DNA of 64,000 bases from Eledone cirrhosa (Eukaryota), in NCBI GenBank assembly GCA_964016885.1, contig OZ024756.1:19468001-19532000 (forward strand), given 5' to 3'. Shown piece after piece: positions 13,638 through 26,666 of the stretch. The position numbers were made by a program, and so were the translations under genes. Under the pieces are notes generated by a model. That model searched no databases. It saw nothing but the letters and a program-made list of their open reading frames with translations, and was not told where the DNA came from. How positions within the stretch are numbered: the first letter of the stretch is position 1; the number at the start of each line of letters is the position of its first letter.

Positions 13638-13731
13638 TAGACAGGTTCAAAGTGTTTAGATTAACATTTTCCTCCAACATCAACGCCAGTTTCTGCATTG
13701 CAACCAATCCTAGATTGTTGTGTGACAAGTC
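13638..13731 (-). CDS. LRRC74A: LRRC74-like LRR exon
   Basis: tttcag|GAC...TCT A|gtaggt; 94 nt, phase 0 to 1; DLSHNNLGLVAMQKLALMLEENVNLNTLNLS. Confidence 0.88.
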
Positions 13732-14083
13732 CTGAAAATAAAGGAAACATTGCTATATATATATATGCATATATTATATTATATTTTGAGAATAAACTCT
13801 CAGTCGTTTACAATAATTAAGCTCCAGGAAGGGGCTCTTCCGAGCAGTTACATTTAGTTGCCAATATAAGCTTGTCTTTATTGACTTATATCGAGACAGA
13901 CAAATTGTATTTACTTTAATTAGTTTATTTCATTAATAGCTAACTTTGTCTGTTGCAATATAAACACATTTCGTGTTTATCATATATTCTAAATATATAT
14001 GCATATAGTAATGTTTCCCTTATTATACATCCACTTATTATACGTTCACTATTAACGTCCACTTTCCATGGTAACATGGGTTA

Positions 14084-14145
<62 letters not shown>

Positions 14146-14229
14146 ATAATAATAAAATTGAAGACTAAAATCCAAAGAGGGCTCGATAAGGATAAATATA
14201 TATCAAATATATAAGAACCGTAGAGCAAA

Positions 14230-14640
14230 TATTTATTAAAATAACAGATTAAAGTTTAAGCAAAGAATCGCTGCTTTCACCCTTAACGGGATCTTCTGAA
14301 ACTAACAAAGTCAATCTGTAAATGCAGAACTGGATATTTCAAAAAACATTGCAACCGGAGGAAGACAGGAAGACGATACTTTGGTTCGTGGAAACGTTCG
14401 CTGGCAAAGAACGGGAAAAAACGAATAATACGTCATTAAAAGGAGCGGTGAAAAACAATTACGTGCAAAGACAGAACCACGTTTAGGTATAAAAGAGGTC
14501 GTAGACTAATGTTCTCTTAGGTGGTGCAAGGTTTTTGAAATATCCAGTTCTGCGTTTAGAGATTGACTTTGTTAGTTTCAGAAGATCCCGTTAAGGGTGA
14601 AAGCAGCGATTCTTTGCTTAAACTTTAATCTGTTATTTTA

Positions 14641-14704
<64 letters not shown>

Positions 14705-15175
14705 AAAAAATGAAACAAAATTTCATTTCTCACTCTTAGTACGGCTGTTACTTAAATATAAGTATGTATACGTACATACATATATGTATACAGACGTACA
14801 GTAGTATGTATATATACACATACATGCACACATATATATATGTACGTATGGATTCACCGAACATTTATTATAATGCTCGGTTTGTTTGTAAACAAACATC
14901 CCAAATTAAGCCGTACAGTGTTTAGCAACCATCGTTGCCCTTTTGTTCAACACTGACAAAGCAACGATGTACTAGTTTCAAGCTTATTAGCTATCGTCAG
15001 CACTGTATACCTTCCTGCTAGATGATTGAATGTCTAAAAGTATATACTTTCCTTATGCATATTAACGGCTGAGCAGCCTAATTTGCATATCGAGTGAGTT
15101 AATCGGCCCGGCCGATTAACTCGATATTAGAGTGTGTCCTTGAGGATGAAGCATCTTCGGCGCCGGGAAATATGG
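14230..15175. mobile_element. PLE-like element with inverted ~125-bp arms and an internal (TA)n; second copy inverted at ~32125-32935
   Basis: Arms 14230-14356 and 14523-14648, with a degenerate hammerhead (cagaaga-tcccgttaagggt-gaaa). The body at 14700-15100 matches the reverse complement of 32290-32870. Confidence 0.65.
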
Positions 15176-15200
15176 TATATATATATATATATATATATAT

Positions 15201-16200
15201 CTAGGGCAGGTAAAATTCCCGAGATCTATGGATGAGTTCTCTCCAGCGATCTCTGTCCCTCATCATCGCTGCCATGTCTTGCATCTCCAAGAGACCGGTG
15301 ACTGTCCTTAGGGCGTCAACATATGTCAACCTTGGTCTCGCTCTTCTAGTGTGTCCATGCAGGGGATCCCACAGGAGCACTGATTGCAGTGCCAATTCTG
15401 GATGTCGGTGCTACTTTTGAGCTGACTTTTGGGAGGCTCCTGTACAGCTCTGAGTTCTTCATCCTCAGTTTATACTGATTAATGTTCAGAGCCATCCTCA
15501 GCATTCTCGTGTAGCACCCATCCACCATCTGAGTGAATTTCTTGGTGAGTGTCCAAGTCTCAGACCCGTACAGCAGTACAGACTCCACTGTAGCAACGAA
15601 GAGAAGGATTTGTAGGTCTTTATGAAGGTCCGACTTCCGCACTGATCTCAAGCTGTGGCACGCCGCCCAGGCTTTGCTCTTCCTTTCAACCACATCATCC
15701 TCTGTGTTTCTAATCTTTGCTCTCAGATACAGGAAGTCCTCAACCAATTCTAGCGGCTTCCCGCCTACATTCATAATCTTCTCTGGCTTCTTAGAGTTCT
15801 CTACCAGATACTTCGTCTTAATCTCATTTATTCTCAGCCCCACACTCATCAACACAGTCTCCACCTCCTGTATCAACTCCTCTGCCTCCTTCACTCTGTT
15901 TGTCACCAGAACTATGACATCGGCAAATTCAACATCTGATATCTGTTTCGCCTTAACTCTCCTGCTCTGAGCCAGTGTTACAGTAAAGCCAGAGTCCTGG
16001 TGTTTCTCCAGCGCAAGGTGCATACAATAGTCCACTCCGATGATAAAAAGGCAGGAAGCCAGTGTATCTCCCCGGAGCACTCCAGCCAGTATCTCAAAGA
16101 ACTGTCATCCCATCAGGTGTAATGACTTGGGCTTTGGTGTTGGTGTAGAGCAGGTCCACTATCTTCTTGGGGATTCCATAAACCTGTAAGATCTTCATCA
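15201..16200 (-). mobile_element. RTE-clade LINE 3' fragment (degenerate RT)
   Basis: ...LRGDTLASCLFII...EFADVIVL...DFLYL...VESVLLYGSETWTLTK...GCYTRMLRMALN; frameshifted; 3' end abuts (TA)n. Confidence 0.9.
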
Positions 16201-16443
16201 GACATATATATCATTATCAGACATTATATATATATAAAGTACCAGTAATGTACTGGGTAATTGCTGGCCTTGTGCCTAAAGTAGAAACAATTATATATAT
16301 ATATATATATATATATCCTTGCAAGCAGGGAAAAGTGAATGTAAAATGATGATGATGATATATATATTAGGTCGTCAAGTATGCAATTTGTATAAAAGAC
16401 ACGATGACCATATGCCTCACTACAAATTTCATACTTCATGACT

Positions 16444-16482
<39 letters not shown>

Positions 16483-16485
<3 letters not shown>

Positions 16486-16657
16486 GTAAAATTCTGATAT
16501 AATGAATAACATTATAACAAATTTTTCAGTATAATGACATTTGTTTCAATCCCTGGCCACACAATCGAGGTGTTAGGTTGATCTCATTATAAAGAATTTT
16601 TCATTACAACAAATTTATTTTTATAAACTGTGAATTCGTTATAACGGAATTTTACTG
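16483..16657. mobile_element. pogo/Tigger-like MITE
   Basis: TA|cag(g)taaaattctgatataatgaat ... attcgttataacggaattttactg|TA. Confidence 0.7.
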
Positions 16658-16748
16658 TATATATATATATATATATATTCTCAGTCAGTAATATTTGTGA
16701 TCATGGTAAATATTTTGTTAGGAAGCAGAATATTGATAAAGAACTTAC

Positions 16749-16856
16749 CAAAATTTTGATACGATTGCCAAATGTTAAAATCTCAAGGATGTAAGAGGCA
16801 CCAAGATCTCCGAATCGGTTGTCAGACATATTTAGTTCTATAATATGTTCAACGTT
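16749..16856 (-). CDS. LRRC74A: LRRC74-like LRR exon
   Basis: tttcag|AAC...TTG|gtaagt; 108 nt, phase 0 to 0; NVEHIIELNMSDNRFGDLGASYILEILTFGNRIKIL (RI-like LRR). Confidence 0.88.
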
Positions 16857-17298
16857 CTGAAAATGAAGAATAAACCTTAATAACATGCCACATGTATTTG
16901 TGTGTGTATTCTTCTTCTTCTTCTTCTTCTTCCCCCCCTAGACTTGTGCGAAATTCCTTCCTTTCTCACATTTCAACCAGGTTTGATGGTCTTTTGTCTC
17001 TTGTTCACGATTTCACCGAGTTTATATTCATAGAGATCTGGGACTTGTCTATTTCTTCTCACTTTCCGTTGCTTAAACCATTTTGTTTGTTACCCTAACG
17101 TCCCCTTTATTTACGTGTCCCAACGACTTTTTTTAGCCGTTGTTCGCACCAACCTGAGGCATATGGCCCTTAAAGCGATGAAATGCCTGGGACGGTTGGA
17201 GGGTCACTGATGAAGGACTCACTTTTTCATATGCACCACCATTTGCAACGGGCAGCCATCATTATTATCATATGTATATATATATATATATATATATA

Positions 17299-18177
17299 TT
17301 CATCCTCAGTCTATACTGATAAATGTTCAGAGCCATCCTCAGCATTCTCGTGTAGCACCCATCCACCATCTGATTGAGTTTCTTGGTCAGTGTCCAAGTC
17401 TCAGACCCGTACAGCAGCACAGACTCCACTACAACAATGAAGAGGCGTATTTTCAGGTCTTTACGAAGGTCCAACTTCCACACCGATCTCAAGCTGTGGC
17501 ACGCCGCCCAGGCTTTGCTCTTCCTCTCAACCACATCATCTTCTGTATTCTCAATCTTTGCTCCCAAATACAGGAAGTCCTCAACCAATTCTAGTGGCTT
17601 CCCGCCTACATCAGTGATCCCCTCTGGCTTCTCAACATTCTCTACCAGATATTTTGTTTTAGTCTCATTCATTCTCAGCCCCACACTCATCGACACAGTC
17701 TCAACCTCCTGCATCAAATCCTCTGCCTCCTTCACTGTATTTGTCACCAAAACTATGTCGTCGGCAAATTCAGCATCTGATACCTTTTTCGCCTTAACTC
17801 TCCTGCTCTGAGCCGGTACTACAGTAAAGCCAGAGTCCTGGTGTTTCTCCAGTGCAAGGCGCATACAATAGTCCACTACGATGATAAAAAGGTAGGGAGC
17901 TGTATGGGAGCCTCCCAAAAGTCAGCTCAAAAGTGACACAGAGGAGACTGAGGTTAGCTGGACATGCTCACCGACATGCAGAGTTGACATTGCACTCAGT
18001 GCTCCTATGGGAGCCCCTACATGGACACACTGGAAGAGGAAGACCAAGGTTAACGTATGTTGATGCCCTAAGGACAGACACTGGTCTGTTGGAGACGCAG
18101 GACATGGCAGCGATAATGAGGGACAGAGACCGCTGGAGAGAACTCGTCCATGGAGCTCGGGAATTTTACCCGCCCTA
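17299..18177. mobile_element. RTE-clade LINE with 5' inversion
   Basis: 17299-17900 on the minus strand (APYLFII...FADDIVL...LYGSETW...RLRMN) is joined to 17897-18177 on the plus strand (ELYGSLPKVSSKVTQRRLRLAGH...EFYPP*). Same family as 15201-16200 and 9918-10185. Confidence 0.88.
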
Positions 18178-18322
18178 GAAAATATATATATTATTACTAT
18201 ATATCTATATATATAAATTATAGTAAGAGAATAAACAGCCAAAATAAAAAAAATAAAAAATATATATATATATACACACATATATGTGTGTGTGTGTATA
18301 TATATATATATATAGACATATA

Positions 18323-18356
<34 letters not shown>

Positions 18357-19672
18357 CATAGAATTATAGTAAGAAAATAAAAAAACAAAATTCTTGAAAA
18401 AAAATTTATATACACACACACGTGTGTGTGTGGTGTGTGTGTGTGTGTGTATATATTGCAGAAGAGTGTTGTTTATCTTAGTTGTTACGTTGTAATTTCC
18501 TGATGATAAGTAGGTCTTAGCAACCCAAAGCACTACATGTCTCTAGTTTATCCCAGGTAGGTGATATTGAGTGACAGAGTATTCATTTATCAAATAATTG
18601 TTTCTACTTTTGACACAAGGCCGGCAATTATCCCAGTGCATTACTGGTACTTTATTTTATTAACCCCGTAAGGATGAAAGGCAAAGTTAATCTCGGCGGG
18701 ATTTGAACTCAGTTATCAAACAATGGTAGTTAAGACAGGATTAAATCACCATAATTGTTTATTGCATTATATATATTTCTGTTACATGGTTATTCATGTG
18801 ACTTCATTAGATGTTTATGCAATCATTGGTGCAGTTTTGCAATCATTGTGATATGCCGGTGGCCATGCACATCTATCCTATAGTGAAACATACACACACA
18901 TAAACACACAATGCATTTCCCATCTTAATCATGTTACCTGAAAAACGGTCATGGGTCACCTGACTCAGCAACAAAAAACATAATTTTTCATGCTTCATCA
19001 GCTATGTTAATGGTCGAAGCTTCACAAGTTAAAAAAAAAAAATCCCCTACCTAACCCACAAATATCTTTCTTGATACAAGTTTATATAACCTGTGCTGAT
19101 ATTAGTGGTGTACCTAGTGTGTGTGTGAGGCCTTGAGCCTGTATTGAGCTCAGAGGCTCATCAGGCTGGTGTTTATCTTGGTTTCTGTGGCATGAAGTAC
19201 TCACAGTACAAGAGATCCCCTGGACAGGACGCCAATCCATTGCAGGGTTAAACCCCCAACTATTGCTGCTGGTACTCATTCTCAGTTGAGTATACTGAAG
19301 CAACATGAAATGAAGTGTTTTTGTTCAAGAACACAACATGCAACCCAGCCCGGGAATTGAACCCATGACATTATGATTGTAAGTCTAACACACTTACCAC
19401 TAGGCCACACATCTCCACTGAGTATACTGGAGTAACGTGAAATGAAGTGTTTTGACCAAGAACACAACACAACCCAGCCCAGGAATCGAACCTACAACAT
19501 TTTGATCATAAGTCCAACACACCTTCACTGAGTATACTGGAGTAACCTAAAATGAAGTATTTTGCTCAAGAACACACACAGAATCCAGCCCAGGACTTGA
19601 ACCCATGATATTATGATCGTAAGCCCAACACCACGACAGACTACAGTAAAAGAAAAGTTTAAAAAAACTCAC

Positions 19673-19833
19673 CATTAGTGGCACACTAATAGCAAGAGCT
19701 TGTTCTGGTGTAATACCAAGATGTTGTAGGTTCATTACGGGTTTGTCCAAATAAGCAAGAAATGTCATCAGAGGTGGGATTTTCAACTGGCAACAGGTGA
19801 GACGATACAAGGACTTTCTTGACTCTACGCTTG
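19673..19833 (-). CDS. LRRC74A: LRRC74-like leucine-rich repeat protein exon (pre-LRR cap)
   Basis: attcag|CA...CTA ATG|gtgagt; 161 nt, phase 1 to 0; LYRLTCCQLKIPPLMTFLAYLDKPVMNLQHLGITPEQALAISVPLM resembles the LRRC74 'Y..C..L.V.P...F...L.....L.H.G..P..A.A...L' cap. Family assignment is from recall, not a search. Confidence 0.8.
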
Positions 19834-21009
19834 CTGAATTAAACAGGTTCATAGAAATATTACCATAATATTGATTTCTGATTTAGGCACAAGGCCAGCA
19901 ATTTAGAGGGGAAAGGGTAAAGTTGATTAACCTTCAGCACGCTGTTGGCGACAAGAGAGTAATCTGCCCTTAATACATAATTGTTTCTACTTTTGGCACA
20001 AGGCCAGCAATTACCCAGTACGTTACTGGTACTTTATTTCATCGACCCCGTAAGGATGAAAGTCAAAGTTAACCTCGGCGGGATTTGAACTCAGACCATA
20101 AAGGGACGTAACTATGCTGCAAAGCATGGCGTCCAACCCTCTACCGATACTGCCAATCCACCGCCCTTAATACATAATGCTGTGTCAAGGGAATCAATTC
20201 ATAAAATAAATTCAGCGTGCTGAAGGTTAAATCAACCCAGTACATGCTGGTATTTTATTTTATCGACTCTGGAAGGATGAAAGGCAAAACTAACCTCAGC
20301 AAGATTTGAACTCAGAACATAAAGGGCTGTAACTATATGCCACAAGATATGTTGTCCAATACTCTACTGATACTGCTAATCCACCACTTTTATAATGGTT
20401 TCTAGTTTAGGCACAAGGTCAGCAAATTTTAGGGAAAGGGTAAAATTGATTAAATTAATCCCAGTACGTGACTGGTACTTTATTTTATTGACACCAGAAG
20501 GATGTAAGACAAAGTTGACATCGGCAACATTTGAGCTCGGAGTGGAGAGCTGAAACCAATTCTTAATATTAGTACAAAGCCAGCAGTTTAGGGGAGGGGA
20601 AAGGTTGATTAAATTAATCCCCAGTACGTGACTGGTACTTTATTTTATTGACACCAGAAGGATGTAAGGCAAAGTTGACCTCAGTAGGATTTGATCTCAG
20701 CACGTATAGAGTCAGAACAAACAGTGCTTTGTATTTTGTCTGATGCTCTACCGATTCTGCCAACTCACCATCCTGAAGTGATGTAATTCCAGATAAAATA
20801 TGATGGAAGAAAAATGATTGGATGGAGTTGGTCAACATTTACTACCACCATCATTATCATGTGAATTGGCATAGAGTTACGGCCCTTGCCATTCTGAGTT
20901 CAAATCCCGCTGACGTTAACTTTGCCTTTCATCCTTACGGGGTCGATAAAATAAAGTACCAGTAATGTACTGGGATAATTGCTGGCCTTGTGCCAATAGT
21001 AGAAACAAT

Positions 21010-23270
21010 TATCATTGAAACTGCAACAACAACAACAACAAACACTACCACTATCATCACTGTAATCACAACAACAACAACAGCAACTACTACCACCATT
21101 ATTATGATTACTGAAACTACCACCACCACCACAACAACAACAACCACTACTACTACTACTACCACTATCATTACTGTAATCACAACTACTACTACCACCA
21201 TCATCACTGTAAGCAGAACAACATCAACAATAACAATAACCACAACCACCACACCACCACACCACACCACACCATCACACTACCACACCACTATCACACA
21301 CCACCACTACACCACACCACCACTACATTGCTTCACCACACCACACCACTACACTGTCACCACCACACCCCACCACCACCACCACTACACTGCCACCCCA
21401 CTACACCACCACACCACACCACACCATCACACTACCACACCACTATTACACACCACCACTACACCACACCATACCACTACACTGTCACCCCACACCCCAC
21501 CACCACCACCACTACACCACACCACACCACTACACTGTCACCCCACACCCCACCACCACCACCACTACACTGCCACCCCACTACACCACCACACCATCAC
21601 ACTACCACACCACTATTACACACCACCACTACACCACACCACCACTACATTGCTTCACCACACCACACCACTACACTGTCACCACCACACCCCACCACCA
21701 CTACACTGCCACCCCACTACACCACCACACCACACAACGCCACACCACACCACACCACTAAATATACAATTATACCAACTCTGTAATTCAGCTGAGGAGA
21801 TCTTCTCTGGTGGACTGTTGATAGAAGAGAGAGAAAGATGAGAGGTGAGTGGGAATGGCAGACACACACAGACATACATATATGTATAGACACACACACA
21901 CACACATATATATGTATAGACACACACACACACATATATATGTATAGACACACACACACACATATATATGTATAGACACACACACACACATATATATGTA
22001 TAGACACACACACACACACATATATGTATAGACACACACACATATATAAGTGGGAATGGCAGACACACACAGACATACATATATGTATAGACACACACAC
22101 ACACACATATATATGTATAGACACACACACACACATATATATGTATAGACACACACACACACATATATATGTATAGACACACACACACACACACACATAT
22201 ATGTATAGACACACACACATATATATATGTATAGACACACACACACACATATATATGTATAGACACACACACACACATATATATGTATAGACACACACAC
22301 ACACATATATATGTATAGACACACACATATATGTATAGACACACACACAGACACATATATATGTGTAGACACACATATATGTATAGACACACACACATAT
22401 AAATGTATAGACACACATATATATATATATATATGTATAGATACACACACATACACATATATAAGTGGGAATGGCAGACACACACAGACATACATATATG
22501 TATAGACACACACACACATATATATGTATAGACACACGCACACACATATATATGTATAGACACACATATATATATATATATGTATAGATACACACACATA
22601 TATATCTATAGACACACACACATACACATATATATGTATAGACACACACACATACACATATATATGTATAGACACACACACACACACACACATCGACACA
22701 TACATATATATATCTATAGACACACACACACAGACACAGACACATATATCTATAGACACACACACAACACACAGACACATACATATATATATCTATAGAC
22801 ACACACACATACACATATATAAGTGGGAATGGCAGACACACACAGACATACATATATGTATAGACACACACACACATATATATGTATAGACACACGCACA
22901 CACATATATATGTATAGACACACACACACACACATATATGTCTAGACACACACACACATATAAATGTATAGACACACATATATATATATATGTATAGATA
23001 CACACACATATATATCTATAGACACACACACATACACATATATATGTATACACACACACACACACACACACATCGACACATACATATATATATATCTATA
23101 GACACACACACACAGACACATGCACATATATCTATAGACACACACACACAACACACAGACACATACATATATATATCTATAGACACACACAGACACATAT
23201 ATATATCTATACACACACACACATAGAGACACATACACACATATATGTATATAGAGTCACACACATATAT
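21010..23270. repeat. Compound low-complexity tract: (CAC/CAA)n then (CA)n/(TA)n
   Basis: Seen directly. Other simple-repeat tracts are at 760-1000, 41100-42070, 47300-47690, 50200-50360 and 58500-58930. Confidence 0.95.
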
Positions 23271-23279
23271 GTGGGCATG

Positions 23280-23735
23280 ACCCAGGATACCTTTAAAAAA
23301 AAGATACTATGCACACGTCACTTCCTTTCGACACCAGGATAAAAATAAAACTACAGCGCTGGCAAATAAAGTGTGGGAGATGAAAGAGTGTGGGATCCCA
23401 TATGAAATTGATTGGTCTATCTTAGATCAATCAAAAGAATGTGTACCTTGTGCGTAACAGAAAAATATAGAATTCTACAGAATCTGTCCTACGCCATCTT
23501 GTTTTTGTGTGTCACACAAACAAAGAAAAGAATCCCCAGTCACTGAAGAGGTCACATAATGTGTGACGAAAGAACTTTGACAATATATGAACAACCGTCC
23601 GGTTGTGGAACCAACCAACCAACCGGAAATTTATAAATTCTTAAATTTATAAATTTAATTTATAATAAATTGGAGTGAAAGCAACTGGTGCGTGTGTTTC
23701 TTATTGGCAACATGACCCTCCCAAAGCATAACAAT
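23280..23735 (+). mobile_element. Penelope-like element 3' fragment (GIY-YIG C-terminus plus terminal repeat)
   Basis: Translates to DKNKTTALANKVWEMKECGIPYEIDWSILDQSK, then after a frameshift TLCVTEKYRILQ, typical of the Penelope endonuclease end. The terminus is shared with 31591-32064 and 43057-43559. Confidence 0.75.
23539..23581 (+). ncRNA. Minimal hammerhead ribozyme motif in a PLE terminal repeat
   Basis: gtca-CTGAAGA-g-gtcaca(taatg)tgtgac-GAAA-gaac-TT-tgac, directly downstream of a GIY-YIG remnant. Confidence 0.65.
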
Positions 23736-23738
23736 ATA

Positions 23739-23811
<73 letters not shown>

Positions 23812-23817
23812 GTGTTT

Positions 23818-24422
23818 AGGTCACCAGTTGGTGCTACTGGTAACATGTATTCCAGTACAACCTGTCTCATGGTCGGGTTGTTGGCGACTAAACTGGCAAC
23901 CCCACCAAGGTTTCTTGGTGAGGAGGATGACTTTGGACATCCTGCAGGACTAAAAACAAAACCTGTCAAAGGGCAAAGGAGCTCTTAAGAGTCAATGGCC
24001 ATCCAAAATCACCGGGAGAGATGACCCCTTAGCCTTTGTCAAGGCAGAATTCTAGGAGAAGGAAAACTCTGATATAACACCTGCAACCCTGATGGTATCC
24101 AATGATGTTGACTTGTTCTTCTTTTTGGTAAATATCATCTTGATTAAGAGAGTGGGACTGGCTTTGTGCAGTGCCTTTGCTCACTATAAAAGCTTCACGG
24201 CACAGGCATTGCTTTATATCTGGAGATCTCTCTGCACTTGTCGTCACATGGTACCATGGGTCCAGCACTATGTGTCAATAATTGTGACAAGTGTAGTGTT
24301 TGTACCAGAGTTTTCAAGTCGCTGGCTGGACTAAAAAGTCACACTCGTTCAGCGCATCGGTAAGGGTTCTCCTACATGGATATAAAGTAGTGGCCGTACT
24401 CGAAAACGAGTTGGCAGCAACC
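23818..24422 (+). mobile_element. Bipartite (internally deleted) RTE derivative; related copies 1345-1660 (+), 29148-29375 (+), 52075-52525 (-)
   Basis: Shared leader (tactggtaacatg...gcgactaaac...ggagaaggaaaactctg) fused to a last zinc finger CSVCTRVFKSLAGLKSHTRSAH* and the 3' stem-loop ctcg-aaaa-cgag. Confidence 0.7.
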
Positions 24423-24714
24423 ATGTGTGTTTATATGTATGTATGTATGTATGTGTATGTATATATACATATATATATATATATGTTTATTTATATAATG
24501 TGGTTGCGTGTAGTTGTATATATGTATATATGCATGTATGTGTATATATATATATGTATGTGATATATGTGAGTGTATATGTATTTGTATATGTCTGTAT
24601 ATGTTTTTATGAGTGTGTGTGTGTGTATCTATATATATGCGTATGTCTATGTGAATGTCCGTGTACATGTATGTTTGTGTATATATATGTGTGAGTGTTT
24701 GCATGTATGTATGT

Positions 24715-24980
24715 AGAGAGACTGAGCATAAGAGGAATCAAATGCTGTGTGCAGGAGAGGCGGTTGCGTTGGTATGGACATGTGATGCGTATGAAGGATG
24801 ACAGCTGCATAAAAAGGTGCAGAGCACTAGAAGTCGATGGAAACCGCAGAGTGGGGAGACCCAAGAAGACCTGGGATGAGGTGATAAAAGCCGACCTTAC
24901 CCAATTACACCTCTCAAAGGCAATGACACACGACCGTGACCTCTGGCGTCATGCAGTAATACAGAAGACCCGACCCCCAC
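24715..24980 (+). mobile_element. RTE-type LINE 3' end
   Basis: QERRLRWYGHVMRMKDDSCIKRC...GRPKKTWDEVIKADL...DRDLWR. Confidence 0.8.
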
Positions 24981-26617
24981 GGGTACAAGCCGAAGCATAT
25001 AGACAATATACCCTCTCCCACTGCAAAGTGGTCGTGGAGGTGCCACATCAAAAAAGCACCCACCCCATACTGTAAAGTGGATATATATATATATATATCC
25101 ACCCCGTCCAAACCCATGCTAGCGTGGAAGATGGACGTTAAACGATGATGATGATGATGATGATATATATATTATATCATGATGAATTACTCCCAGTACA
25201 ATCGTGTGCGACTCGTCTTATATGCATACATGTATCAGTTGATGCTCCCAGTAAAGATACTTGGTTATTCCACGACTTAGTCTCGCTATCACCGGCGGCA
25301 ATGTTTCAAATATGTTAGCTTACCTAAAAAATCATTAGAGGGAAGTCCCAATGTTCCTATATAAATCGTTTTCTTCTATTTGCCTTGGACATAATTTAAT
25401 CCTTAGCTAAAGGAATATGTTGAACAGAAGAGCCAGTCTGTTAAAAGCAGTTACAGCCATGTTTAGTAATGTACATTAGACATGAGAGATCATTAGTGAA
25501 AGCGAGGCCTAGTATTTGGAGGGAACTCCAAGGTTCTTCTAATTTCATGTTAATGTTTAAAGATGGAGATATGCAGTGATGTTTTAGTACCATAGACATA
25601 TATTAAATGAAGCAAATAAATAATTAGCCCGTTAAAATTCAAACACATCTCCATTCCCCCCAAACGTGAACCTAATATGGCTTAGTATTTTTGTATCCTT
25701 GTGTTTGTTTTGTTTCATTTATCAAGTAATTTTTCCACGCTTACGCGGCTCACCAGCCATTGGAGCCTGGATAATTACCCTGAACGCGGATCACCATGGA
25801 TTAACCAGCCTCCGGATTATCGGATTTTGAACTACTATATATATATACATTTATAAATGGAGATATCTACTTACCTTTAACTATACAAGATGCTTGGAAA
25901 CTCAATGTGCTGGTATGATGGAATACATCCAAGGTAAGTTCCATGAGTTAACTTTTATATGTATTTAAAGACATTTTGGTGTTTATTTTTTAGGAAGATT
26001 TGTCTGCTATTTCTAGTTTATTGAGCGACCTGTTGAGATACGCTAAAAGTAGCAGCCCCCCCCCCCCCAAAAAAAAACCCTACTGAAGCTTACAGTGCAC
26101 ATTGTCATCTTCGATACACAAAACGATACCTTGTTGGGCTAATCAAGGGTAGGCCGTCTTTCGTTTTAGGTCTGCTTCCGCAGAGGTGATCCCTGGTTAA
26201 ACAACATACCCTATGAATATATATGTGTGAGTTTACGCGCGTGTGTATGTACGTCTGTAGGCGCTCCCAGTACAATCGAGTGTGACCCGTCATAAAACGG
26301 GTAAATTTAGGGAGTGTATATATTTGTCACTGTAAGTAACATCAAGTAATTTTATATAGGTAAAAATAATGATAATTCTGTGATAGTTTTATAAAACATT
26401 TTATTTCAGTAGTCTATTCTGTTAATCTCGGATGTTGGAAAAGACATGAGTCACTGACAGTGGTATGTTTTATGGGGTTTCTACCTCTAACACGAGGGTA
26501 AATGGTAAAATAATCGAGTCTCTAATCATCAATTATTAACACTACAGCTTTTCTAATTTATACTATTGCTGCAGATGTATGTTATTAGTTTTAAGGAGCT
26601 TTAAACTGATTGAGTAC

Positions 26618-26666
26618 CTTCAAAATTACAGCTTATCTCCCCCTTGACCACATTTGAACCAAATAT
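26618..26666 (-). CDS. LRRC74-like gene, putative small exon
   Basis: gtgcag|ATA...GAA G|gtactc; 49 nt, phase 0 to 1, which bridges the phases of the flanking exons exactly; IFGSNVVKGEISCNFE. The donor is weak. Confidence 0.45.

Noticed and set aside
17205-17230. Additional CTGANGA hammerhead candidates (also 18500, 30986, 36660, 43740)
   Set aside because: No properly placed stem II-GAAA and stem I closure.
20935-23264. Thr/His/Pro-rich mucin-like ORF and CVYI-rich ORFs
   Set aside because: Translations of CAC/CAA and CA/TA microsatellites, open in many frames with no splice or domain support. The same applies to 1662-2651, 41090-41566 and 58480-58960.
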